Part shown: in pieces, positions 27,130 to 39,397 of the stretch | Layout of the letters: each line of letters begins with the position of its first letter | Position numbering within the stretch: position 1 is the first letter of the stretch | Assembly (NCBI RefSeq): GCF_026210795.1 | Contig: NC_089432.1 | Span: 5,022,001 to 5,086,000 of the forward strand | DNA length: 64,000 nucleotides | Reading direction: 5' to 3' | Source: Rhizophagus irregularis | Taxonomy: Eukaryota | The notes under the pieces: generated by a model | The model's database searches: none | Told to the model about the DNA's origin: nothing | Seen by the model: only the letters and a program-made list of their open reading frames with translations | Made by a program: the position numbers and the translations under genes

Positions 27130-27887
27130 TGTAAATCCTTAAACCTCTGAAATAACTATCCGCCAACCTTTGGAAGATTCACCATTGACAAAGAACTTTT
27201 TCATTTAAAAGGTGACGATTATCTTTCTTTGTGAACTTGATGATGACGAATTTTTCTTCGTCAGTTTCTGCCTTCCAAGCCAAGTTCATTGGATCTTCAG
27301 TAAGTTTATAAAGGTATGTAAACTTGCCTTCATTTTCATCAACTTAATATTGATTATGGTAAGGAAAAACCTTTGTATCTTTTCAGCTTCGGTCTCATCT
27401 AATTCTTTTAAGCCTTTGTAGTAGTTATCTAAAGTCTGAAAGGCAAGATGTAAAGACTCAAAAAAAACTGCAAGCTCTTCTACTCTTTTTCCATTGTCTT
27501 CAGGGCGATTCATCATTAGAATGAAATCAGTGAGTAGCTCAATTACGGGGTTTTCAAGATACACAGCACCAAGGACACAAATCCAAGACCCTGCAATAGC
27601 AAGAATAATGGATGGGTAACAAGAACTATTGCGAATCTTTTCGGTCTGTTCATGAAAAATTAAACATGAATATTTGCATGACTTTATCAATATGTCACAA
27701 AGAAAACACACCTATGATTGAGCCCAATACTTTATATCACCACACCCCCTTGAATTGAAGGATCTTTTCCTCCTGTACCTATCTCATTTTTGTATTCCCA
27801 AAGAATTAGGACAGCTTTCTCTTCAAAAACTGTATTATCAATTACTAGTAATACATCATCATCAATGGAACCATTATCGGTAACAAT
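27130..27887 (-). pseudogene. Decayed PD-(D/E)XK nuclease-fold + kinase gene (Crinkler/CRN-effector-related architecture)
   Basis: Minus strand reads DNGSIDDDVLL...ILWEYKNEIGTGGKDPSIQGG / KYWAQ / KIRNSSCYPSIILAIAGSWICVLGAVYLENPVIELLTDFI / LAWKAETDEEKFVIIKFT; frameshifts and stops. Family assignment is from motif recall. Confidence 0.7.
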
Positions 27888-28694
27888 ACCAATTTCTCAC
27901 GATATTAAATATCAATAGAAGTAGTAAGTACGATTGAAGCGACCGACGGCAGCAACGATGGTATTTAATTTTGTTATTTTCAATTAATCCATTTATCATA
28001 ATAATTATTAATAAATTAATTAAAAAAAGTTTTATATGTAAAAAATATAATGTATTTTCCATACAATATATTGTAAAAAAATTTGTTAATTTTTATATAA
28101 ATTTGTACAAAGAATTATTAATTATACATATAATATTGTTAGTTATATTGCATAAATTTCGACAAATTTAACTATTTGTGCAATATTGAATACCCTGAAA
28201 ATTTTGTGATGTGTGTTGCCGCAAGAACGACTGAAATCCAAGTCCTGGATTTCAGGATCTAGGATTGAAATTAGTGAATTTACGAAAAATATATGCTTGA
28301 ATGATAAATCCACTCAATAATGATGCATTATCCTTTATCAACGGTATTTTTTTTATATCCAATGTATCCAATTCAAGTTAAACATGAACTCTTGTATTAT
28401 TCGTCCTTAAGTTCGTGTTATACGACCACCTATCGATGATAACTCCCTGAACGAATGCATACCAACATCGCAAAGTAATTCAATAAAAATTAGTTATCAA
28501 ATAATCAAATCGATTCAAAAAAAAATTTATAATTTTTACATAAATTTTTTTTTAATAATAATTATACACAAAATTACCCAAGATCTACTTAAAGGCGACA
28601 TTGAATTTTTTTTTTTTTACATAATAATAACTCATATACATTATTATACATATTACAAATAAATTGCTAAAAAATAATATTATTATTATCAAAT

Positions 28695-28927
28695 ATTATA
28701 ATATGTAAATTCTCTCGTAAATGTTGTAATTTATTTCGAGCATCTTTATCTCCTTGTTTGGCAGATTTTTCATACCAAAGTATAGCTTTACCAACATTTT
28801 TCGTTACTCTTAATCATGTTTCAAATGATACTGCAAGATTTTATTGAGCACTATTTCTTAAATTCGCTGCTTTCTGATATAATTCAAATGCTTTTTGTCT
28901 ATCAACTTTAGTACCAATTCCATTATT
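28695..28927 (-). pseudogene. Relic of the G6-type 3' end
   Basis: Near-identical to 32761-33006 with small deletions; ends at agtaccaattccattatt, about 30 bp before the G5 upstream motif. Confidence 0.85.
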
Positions 28928-28955
28928 TTAATAAGTAATCTTAATCTCCTAAGTC

Positions 28956-28973
28956 ATTACTGCGGTACTGCGG
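28956..28973 (+). promoter_or_regulatory. Conserved upstream motif ATTACTGCGGTACTGCGG (G5)
   Basis: Identical 18-mer. Confidence 0.6.
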
Positions 28974-29146
28974 TTAGTAACAAAAAATTTTCTTTTGTTT
29001 GGTGATACCTAGTGAGTGACATTTGTGCGACAATAATCGGAGAATAAGTTGCATAAAATACTTAAAATGGGGGTTATTTTCGTAATAAAATTTTACAATT
29101 CTGACCGTTCAATTTTATTATTTTTCCGCCAATATTATTATTCACT

Positions 29147-31421
29147 ATGTCCGATAATAAGCAAATGCAAAATACCGAAAATACAAATGAATGGATTAAT
29201 TGGATTGAAGAAGCTATTGATAAAGAACATTTAAATCATTATGAATACAACCAATTTACTAATATTCAAGAAATTGGTTCTGGAGGTTTCGGAAAAGTGT
29301 ACCGTGCAAATTGGAAAAATACAAAAAAACAATTAGCATTAAAAACTTTTTTTAATCTTAATCATGTCACCATGAAAGAAATCGTTTGTGAGGTAATTTA
29401 TTATATAATACCTTTTTTTTACGATGTTTTTTAACCTATATTATTTTATTTTTAATATTTGAATTTATTTTAGTTAAAAATTCAACGTAAAGTTGATTTC
29501 CACGATAATATTATTCGCTGCCATGGAATAACAAAATTTGAATCAGGTATTATAAATATTATAAAGAGATATTATATCTAAATTTTATTCACAAAATTTC
29601 ATTCCAATTTTTTTTTTTTTAGACAATCAAATTGGTAATAATAATTATATAATGGTAATGGAATACGCCGACGGTGGTAGTCTTCGAAATTATTTGGAAA
29701 AAAACTTTAATAGGCTCACATGGGACGATAAATTAGATATGGCATACCAATTAGCTTACGCTGTATCATGCTTGCATAATGAAGGGATCATCCATCGTGA
29801 CTTGGTAATTTATGTATTATTATTTAATCATTGTTCGTAACACTGTATTTGTATTTATTTATTTATATATGTTTTTTTAATAGCATTCCGGCAATATATT
29901 AGTTCATCAAAACATGATCAAATTGGCAGATTTTGGGTTATCAAAAAGAATTGGAGCATCATCCAATTTCCAATCTAAATTATTTGGGATGGTTCCCTAT
30001 ATTGATCCGAAAAGCTTTAGTAGACGAAGAAATAATAATAACCAAATTTTTTCATTAAATGAAAAAAGCGATGTTTACAGTGTTGGCGTATTATTATGGG
30101 AAATATCCAGTGGCCAACCTCCTTTTTATGTTGAAGGTGAAGAATATGATGTTAGTTTAATTTTGGAAATTTCACAAGGCCTTAGAGAAACGGTTGTTTC
30201 TGACACGCCCGAAGAATATGTAAAACTTTATACTAGTAAGTAAAATTTTAAATTTATTATAATTTAAATATTGTTTTAATTAATTATATTTGTGTTTTAG
30301 AATGTTGGGACGGTGAGCCAGATAATCGTCCTACTATATATCAAGTAGTTGATTTGTTAAAAGCAATAATTACAAAAACAGATATAATTACGGAAAATCC
30401 TCCATTATTGAATGAGCAAGAATTTAGCGAGATCCATTTAAATACCAATAATTCGGAATCACAAGGAAAATTATCCCAACTTATTCAAAATTTTAATAAA
30501 ATGGACACAAAAGAAATTGATAATATAGTAGTATCAAATAAGCAAGAGAAATTTTCAACTGAAAAAGATTTTAACATAGTAGTTGATAAAATAAATGATT
30601 TAATTTATAAATCCTATGATAAAGGAATTGAAGGGGAATTAGCAAAAGAGCAAGTTATTGAATATTTTAACAATTATAATATAAATTCACAAGAAATTTA
30701 TAATTGGTTATTAAATAATCAAGTTAATTCAAATTCCATTTTTTTACTTGGATATTTTTATTATTATAGAATTGAGACTAGTGAAAATAATGAGAAAGCA
30801 TTTAATTTATTTATCAATGCATCAGAAAACAATCATATATTAGCACAATCTTTTGTTGGTGAATGTTATCAATATGGTTATGGAACTATAAAAAATGATA
30901 AACTAGCTTTTGAACATTTTGAAAAAGTGGCTAATAAAAATTTCACATATGGAAAATTTAAAATTGGTTCTTATTATATGGAAGGAATAGGTATTAAAAA
31001 AGACTTAAAAAAGGGTATTTATTGGTATGAAATAGCTGCAAATAATGGAAATATGATTTCCATACATGATTTAGGTATTTTTTATTTATATGGAATTGGT
31101 GTTGAAAAAGATTTTAATAAAGCTTTTGAATTATTTAAACAATCAGCTGAAGGAGGAAATTTAATTGGAATGATTTCATTAGGATTTTGTTATGAAAGAG
31201 GTATTGGAACTAAAATTGATAAGCAAAAAGCATTTGAATTATATCAAAAATCAGCAAATCTAGGAAGTAAAATAGCACAATATAATGTTGGTAATATGTA
31301 TGGAAATGGAAATGGAATTACAAAAGACATAGATAAAGCAATTTATTGGTATGAAAAATCCGCCAAACAAGGATATCAAGATGCACAAAATAAGTTAAAA
31401 ATACTTCAAAAAAATCGATAA
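29147..31421 (+). CDS. G5: TKL kinase-Sel1 repeat protein (~657 aa), exons 29147-29392, 29474-29546, 29623-29804, 29884-30235, 30301-31421
   Basis: GSGGFG, HRDL|HSGN, DFG and DVYS present; Sel1 repeats; canonical splice sites. Confidence 0.92.
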
Positions 31422-32760
31422 TTTATAAATTCTTTCTTTATTAAATTGTAAAATGTTAAATAAATTAAATTTGTTACATTTTTTTTTTTTAATTTACAAA
31501 ATAGCGTAATATACTGTATAATAAATAAGTCTTATTAAATTTAATGATCATTCTATTGACGGTATTTTTTCATTATCAAAATAACTGAATATATAGTATA
31601 TTTCTCTTTTAAATTAAAATGTCGTTCTAGGGATTTCAAAATCCATGAGGATTTGATTTATTTTTCCGAAAATTTAATTGTTTAAAAAAAATTTGATACT
31701 TATTTGTTAGTATTATTTTTTGAAACGACCGTATATATGAAAAAAAAAGATAATGAAAGATGATGGTAACTAAAGCAATGCTTTTTATATCTAAAGCAAA
31801 AAAAAATTGATTTAAAATTTTTATACTTTTTTTATAAAATATAAAAATATTACTATAAATCACGTATACGAAGAATTTTTTACGATATTGATTGGTCGAC
31901 GGTAAACTTAATTAAATATCTACCTGCATACGCTTACGTCACTCTTACTAACATACTTTATCTGTTTATCATAAGGAATGGATGTGTTTTATAAACTAAT
32001 CCTCCAAAATAATATTTTTATCGCTTTACCAACTGAATTTCTCACGATATTAAATATCAATAGAAGTAATAAGTACGATTGAAGCGACCGACGGCAGCAA
32101 CGATGGATTTAATTTTGTCATTTTCAATTAATCCATTTATCATATTAATTATTAATAAATTGATTAAAAAAAAGATACCGTCTGTTTGTCTTCAAAAAAA
32201 ATGATGATAAATGAGTGCCTGTGTTGCCGCAAAACCGGAAATCCAGGATCTAGGATTGACGATCGTCATTAGTTGGCAGAAATGTTAACTTGAGAGAAAT
32301 TAGTGAATTTACGAAAAATATATGCTTGAGTGATAAATTAATGACACATTATCGGTGATTATCCTTTATCAACGGTATTTTTTTATATCCAATATATCCA
32401 ATTCAAGTTGAAAATATTATTTTATATTAAGTTCGTGTTGTACGACCTATCGACCTGAACGAATGCATACCAATATCGTATAGTAACTAGTCAATAAATC
32501 GATTTCAATTTTTTTTTAAAAAAATTTATAATATGTAATTATTTACTATATTAATATTTTATTATTTGAATATTAAAATTAAAAGATTTTACATAATTTT
32601 TTTTTTTTTACTAATAATAATTATACACAATATTACCCAAGATCTACTTAAAGGCGACATTGAAATTTTTTTTTACATAATAATAACTCATACATTATTA
32701 TAATACATATTAAAAAATAAATTGCTAAAAAAAAAATATTATTATTATTATTATCAAATA

Positions 32761-35066
32761 TTATAATATATAAATTCTCCCATTTTCTACTCGTAAATGT
32801 TGTAATTTATTTCGAGCATCTTTATCTCCTTGTTTGGCGGATTTTTCATACCAAAGTATAGCTTTACCAATATTTTTCGTTACTCCTAATCCTGATTCAT
32901 ATGATACTGCAAGATTATATTGAGCTGCACTATTTCCTAAATTCGCCGCTTTCTGATATAATTCAAATGCTTTTTGTCTATCAATTTTAGTACCAATCCC
33001 ATTATTATAACAATATCCTAACATTGATATACCATCAGCATCTTCATTATCAGCTAATCGTTTAAATAATTCAAAAACTTTTTTAAAATTTTTTTTATCC
33101 TTATAAATGAAAGCGAGATTATACATTGCTATATTATTTCCATTTTTTGCAGCTTTTTCATACCAATAAGTTGCTAATTTAAAATCTTTTTCAATACCTA
33201 TTCCCATATCATAACAATGACCAATTTTTAATTGACCCATTGCATAACCCTTATTAGCCAAACTTTCAAAATATTTAAAAGCTAATCTTTCACTTTTCGT
33301 TACACCATGTCCAAATAAATAACATTCTCCAACATAATATTGTGATAATAAATGATTTTTTTCTGATGTAATAAAAAATATTTCGAATGCTTTCTTAAAA
33401 TTTTCATTTATTTTAATACCTAAATAATTAAAATATCCTAATAAAAACATTGTATCCAAATCATCATTATTTTGATTTTTTATTAACCAATTATATATTT
33501 CACTTAAATCCATATCATGATTATTTAAATAATTTAAAATAATTTGTTTTCTTAAGTTAGCATCTTTTCCTTGATCCGTTATTTTAAAAATGTATGATAC
33601 TATTTCTTTAACTATTGTGATTAAATCTTTTTCAAATATTATTCTTTTGTTTATTGGATTTATTGTGAATTTCACTACTTTTGTATGTGATTTGATAAAA
33701 TTTTGTGATGATAATGATTTTTCGTTTGATGATTTCTCACATTGATTGGATTGATCTGATTTCATAATGATCTCATTTAACTTGGTGAACACTTGATACA
33801 TAGTTGGACGATTATCCGGCAGATCATCCCAACATTCTAATGAAAGAAGAAAAAGAAAATATAAACAATTATTAAACGAGAAACCAAAAAAGATCAATTT
33901 TAAAAATCAATTTACATACCTGTATATAATTTTACGTAATCTTCGGGCGTACCAGGAATAACAGCCTCTCTAAGACCTTTTGAAATATTTACAGACATGT
34001 CATCATCATTTTGATTACTTTCAGTATGAAAAGGAGGACGACCACTAGAAATCTCCCATAATAATACGCCAACGCTGTAAATGTCACTCTTTTTATTAAA
34101 TGAATAAATTTGTGTTGGGCTACTACTATTTCTTCTTCTAAATCTTTGTGGATCAACGTAAGGTATTATTCCGTTTAAATTTGATTGTGATTTAGTTATT
34201 TCTTCGATTCTTTTTGATAAACCAAAATCCGCCAACTTGATCGTGTTTTGATGAACCAATATATTACGAGAGTGCTATTAAAATTTAATTGATTAGTATG
34301 ACACATGACGATATAAAGTATATAACGATGTAAAATAATATGGGAAACAAAAAAAATTACCAAATCACGATGAACTATTCCACTATTATGTAAACATAAT
34401 ACGGCGTAAGCCAACTGATGCGCCAAATTATACTTATCATTCCAAGTGAGGTTGTTAAAATTTTTCTTCAAATAGTCTTGAAGGGTGCCGCTATCAGCAT
34501 ACTCCATCACTAATAAGTAATTATTTTCTATAGACGTAAAACGAATAATTAAATTTACATACATATATATATATACTTTCAATATTCAAACAATATATAA
34601 TCATACCTGATTCGTCCTTCGTAATTCCATATAAACGAAGAATATTATTATGAATAACTACGTCTCGTTGAAGTTTAAGCTAAAAAAAAACAAAAAAAAA
34701 ATTAGATAAAAATAAAAAATATTTTACCGAAAATAGGTCGAACCATCCGGAAACTTCCGACAACATTTCGAATTTCGATAACGTTTCTGCGGAAGTCTTC
34801 CGGATGAGTCCGGATAATTTCCGAAGTAAAGAAATTACCTCACGAACGATTTCCTTTGTAATAACATTGTTAAGGTTATAAAAAGATTTCAATACTATGT
34901 ATTCTTTAAAATCTGTACAATTTGCACGGAATACTTTTCCCAAATTTCCAGAGCCTATTTCTTGTATATTACTAAAATTTCTATATTCATAATATTTGAA
35001 ATATTCTTTGGCGATAGCGGATTCGATCCAATTAATCCATTCATTCGAATTTTTTGTTTCTTGCAT
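32761..35066 (-). CDS. G6: divergent TKL kinase-Sel1 repeat protein (~632 aa), exons 35066-34839, 34679-34607, 34527-34361, 34274-33920, 33836-32761
   Basis: GSGNLG, HRDL|HSRN, DFG, DIYSVG, CWDDLPDNRP; Sel1 repeats; same intron positions; convergent with G5. Confidence 0.9.
34724..34829. mobile_element. Palindromic MITE-like insert in intron 1 of G6
   Basis: catccggaaacttccg pairs with cggaagtcttccggatg; ends TTAC...GTAA; GC-rich within an AT-rich intron. Confidence 0.65.
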
Positions 35067-36424
35067 ATTTCGGTATTGTTAAAAAAAAAAGGATAAGTTT
35101 TTTTTTTTTTTTTTTTGTGCTGACAAAGTTTAATTTATATATTTAATTTATATTATATATTGTGTATACATTATACAAAATTTTTTCGCAAATTATCATC
35201 AATTTTCATAAAACGTGTTAGGGAATTTTTAATTTGATACCAAATTTATATATTGTGATACTATCTGGAATTCTGGTCATAATAATTGTTAATTTAGCAA
35301 AATTACCATTTTTGAACATCATGTCACACTTTAAATGTTTAAGATTGGCCACTACGTAATTTTCGACTTTTTTAAGGTAAATTGAATTCTTCAAAGTATT
35401 TTCTGATTCTCTAAAGTGTTTTCCTTTTTTAATATCATATTCTCAATTCGATAATATTTGTATTGTCATCTTAACTATAATTAGAACAGTTACTTTAATG
35501 ATATCATGAAATAGAATCTGATTCAGGTGCCTAATCATGTGATACATAAGAGTATATATTTTTTGAATATTTGTCATATTTGTCACGACATGGCCTGACT
35601 GCCGCCACTGCCGCCGATGCTGATCAAAATTTTAATTACTACATATAAAGATAATTTTTAAATCTGGTAAATTCTCGAATGATAAATTTGTTTTTATTCG
35701 AATGATCGATTTACTATAAACTGATGGCCAAAAATAGTTAATCATTGAAATATGAGGTTCCAGACTTCCAGTAAAAAAAATATTTTTTCGGGATTTAATT
35801 ATTATTAGTTAAATTTTTCTTTATTGCATTTAGTAAAATAATATTATTTTGTTATTGAGCTACATTTTTTTTTATTAAAAATAAAGAATAAAACGATTTA
35901 TAGTAATTTTATTTATACGTTTAACATAACTTTACTGCGCCCACTGCTGCGTTAATTTAAAAAAATAAAACATGAATAATTTACGAGTAATATCTAAAAA
36001 AAAAACTTTTATTTTATTACTGTTATTAAATATTCTTATTACTAATTAATATGTTATTATTGTTATTATATTTTGGGAAAGTTTAATGAAAATTGAAAAA
36101 GTCATACAAATTTAGAGGTAAATATGGTGAATACTGATAACAGAGGAGAGAGTAATTTAAGAATAGTAATTAGAGAGGAATTGTAATTAAATCGTAATTA
36201 TTAGAAATTATTAGGAAAATTTTTATAGATGGATAATGTTAATAAAATGTACGATTATTAAAATACAAAATAATGTTATACGTAATTTTTTATGGTGGAG
36301 AATAGTGTTCTTCTTTGGAAAGTAAGGCCAGAGTACTTTGCCATTACGGAAAGTACAAAGATTTTTAAGATGCGATTAAATTAACGTGCAATAAAATATA
36401 CACGAGTTTAAATTAAAGTTTGTC

Positions 36425-36537
36425 GCCGGTTTTCGTCCGTTTTTTGTCCATATTTCGTCCGGTTTTCGTCCGGTTTTCAGTTTTCTTTTTTTTTTATTCA
36501 ATTTAACTGAATACATCATTTTGAAAACGGCGATAAT
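36425..36537. mobile_element. Truncated copy of the 25272-25451 MITE
   Basis: ccggttttcgtcc repeats followed by tttaactgaatacatcattttgaaaacggcgataat. Confidence 0.65.
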
Positions 36538-36693
36538 TTTATCGAATTTTTTTTTTTCAGGTGCTTTACTTGTAATCATATAATTACTCATTATTTATGA
36601 CTATGAAGCTCTTGCTTTAATTTTCTCCTTCATAATTTTCTACTTCATTTAATTATCCTATTGATTGTTCAAGGTTTTCTCTAATTAAATATG

Positions 36694-36892
36694 TTCCGTT
36701 ATATCAAGGTTCCGGTATATCGAATTTCACTGTATATAAGTAAAGTCTGGATATATCGGAATTGGAGTCTGAAATGGATTATTATAATCTATAATTAATT
36801 TACCCTCGATATAACGGATTTCTCGATATAGCGGATTTTTGACAAATTTTATTAATGGAACGGATGGTTTCATTATATCGAATTTCAGTGTA
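36694..36892. mobile_element. pogo/Tigger-like MITE fragments
   Basis: Two right-end-like motifs, ATATCGAATTTCACTG|TA and ATATCGAATTTCAGTG|TA, plus ctcgatata..cggat subterminal repeats; similar to 55718-55897. Confidence 0.55.
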
Positions 36893-37799
36893 AGTAATTA
36901 AGTAATTATTAAAGTATTCCTCGTAACTGTCATTTAAAATATGTTTATCATATCGGAAGTAGTTTATGGTAAATCTTTTGTCTTTTTGATTAATTTTGAT
37001 TTTTTGACTTTGATTCGTAATATAGTATGTATTATCTATTTGGTTATAAAATTGTGTGATTAGCCAAATTTATCGTGACGACGTGACGACCGTGACGTTA
37101 ATAATGATGATCTCACTTATTTTCTTTTTCTATGATAAAAAAAGTCAATGCAAATCAATTAATAATAAACTGTTTATTTGCGTAAGTTGCGTAAGAAAAT
37201 ATGTTTAAAGACAAAATTTAAATTTTCAATGTAAAATATTATTTTATTTTATGTGGCGTTAATTCATGACGTAGAAATTTGTAATTTAACTATCATTCAC
37301 GTGTTTCGATTCTAAACGTTTTTCCGATATATTTAGATTAATAAAATGTTCACAGTAGCAACAAACAAATGAGATTAAAAAGAAATGATTCTTCAAAATA
37401 GTTACATAGCGGTACAGTAGTTATTAGTCGATTTAGATAGAGTATTATTATTTTTTCGTGTAACAATTGGTATAAGAATTAATAACGTACCCAAAAATTA
37501 CTATTTTTTTTTTTTCGTCGGAAATTTTTTTTTAAAAACCATTTTTTTTTTTATTAAAAATACGAAGTCAACACTTAAATTTCCTATAAAATTTTTTAAG
37601 GATGCTACAAAATACAAAATACAAAATTTGGATTCATATGTAATGAAAAGACATATTAGCATAGCAAGCACACATTTCTTTTAAATTATAGATATATTTA
37701 TATCAGTTCCATCATTATAAAATATAAAATAGCGAAATTAGAAGGTAATATAACAATTTTGCAATATATTTATAAGTATTTATTGAAATGTTAGTTTCT

Positions 37800-38325
37800 A
37801 TAGATGAAGAAAAGTATTCGCTTGTTCTTGAATATGCGGACTGTGGAACATTAGGAAAATATCTAAGGGACGATACTATGACTTTTAATTGGGAGAACCA
37901 ATTAAGATTACAAGTGCGATTTTATGGTTACATGATGTTAAGGGAATCCGTACATGGGGATCTGGTAAATAAAATATTTTGTGTTATCTTACTATATTAC
38001 GTAATTAACATATTCTTTTTTTAGCATCCCAATAATAGCTTTAATACACCAAGATGCAATAAAATTGTCAGATTTTTGTCGTTCATTTGAAAAAGGAAAG
38101 GGCTGTAATGATACTGGAGTATATGGTGTAATACCCTATGTGGACTCCAACATGCTTAATCGAGAAATTTTTATAAGATATTCTGGGAATTAGCAAGTCG
38201 CTCATCACCTTTCAATTATGAAACGAGAAACTATCACACTTCTCCTATGTTGGATATTCTTAGTGGTTAAGAGAAGAACCGATTCCAAACACGAATATTA
38301 AATTTATTAAACTTTATCAACGTAA
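37800..38325 (+). pseudogene. TKL kinase pseudogene fragment of a different subfamily
   Basis: YSLVLEYADCGTL, HGDL|intron|HPNN, IKLSDFC, YGVIPYVD, FWELAS...PF, ILSG*REEPIPNT; frameshifts and an in-frame stop. Confidence 0.82.
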
Positions 38326-39397
38326 GTACAGTTTGCTATAAGTCACTCAGACACATATAAAAATAGGGAAGTACACCATGTGATGAAACAATACACGTGA
38401 TTTTTCGTGCATTTTACACTAGGAACGTTATAATTTAAACTCAAATGTGATTTTACTAATGGTAAAATTTTAAATTTCCAATGTAGTTTATTTAAAATAC
38501 AAATTCAAAAAAATTCCAAATTTTTAATTTAACTTGTCCTTAATTAAGTTCACGATTGACTTTTGATTGACTTTTGGCGAAACAACACTAAATCTTAATT
38601 GATGCCGCAGTAATTTAACTATCATTCACGTGTTTCGATTTTAAGTATTTTCATTAATTAAAATATCGTATGATAGAAAAAACATTGCGAAGAATGAGTT
38701 GAATTTATTATCTACAAGAGGTGAGTTTTAATATGTTGTGTGGAATGAATCTTTGATTATTATAGGTAACCCTATTTTCTATAATCTTTTGATTAAACTA
38801 TTACACCCTCGTGTGCTTCTTCATTAATATCCTTATCGTAAGTTACATTGTTATGTAGTTTAATTCCCTTTGTTTCCATATCTTTACGCAATTCTTCATA
38901 TATAAGAAAAATTTTTTCCGACATATTAAAAATTCGATTTCAATAATTATCGACTGAGGTTAAATAACAAAATAGTGTAAACTTTAGATAGAGCTTATAA
39001 AAGGTTATTACCGCTTTTTTTTTAAAATTCATGATCTTTATTACGAAGCAGGATTCTGCATTACTTTATATTTAACATCACTACTTTCATATACCCAAAA
39101 ATTATAGCCCTTGAGTAGCATTAGTTTTACAAAATAAATTTTATCCTGTCTTGTTTATTTATTAAAAGATGTATACCGAAGGATGCAAACTTTGGCTATA
39201 AAATGCAAAATTTTCATATATAATGAAAGTCATTTTAGCACAGCAAGCATACATTTTTTATAAACGTATGTTAATTGCATTGTTACAAAATATAAAAATA
39301 GTAAAAATTTTTAATAAATTATTTATTGTTCATATTTTTTCTGTTCAAGTAAATATATTCATTATCTTATAAAATATACCGTAATTGATTTACAATT

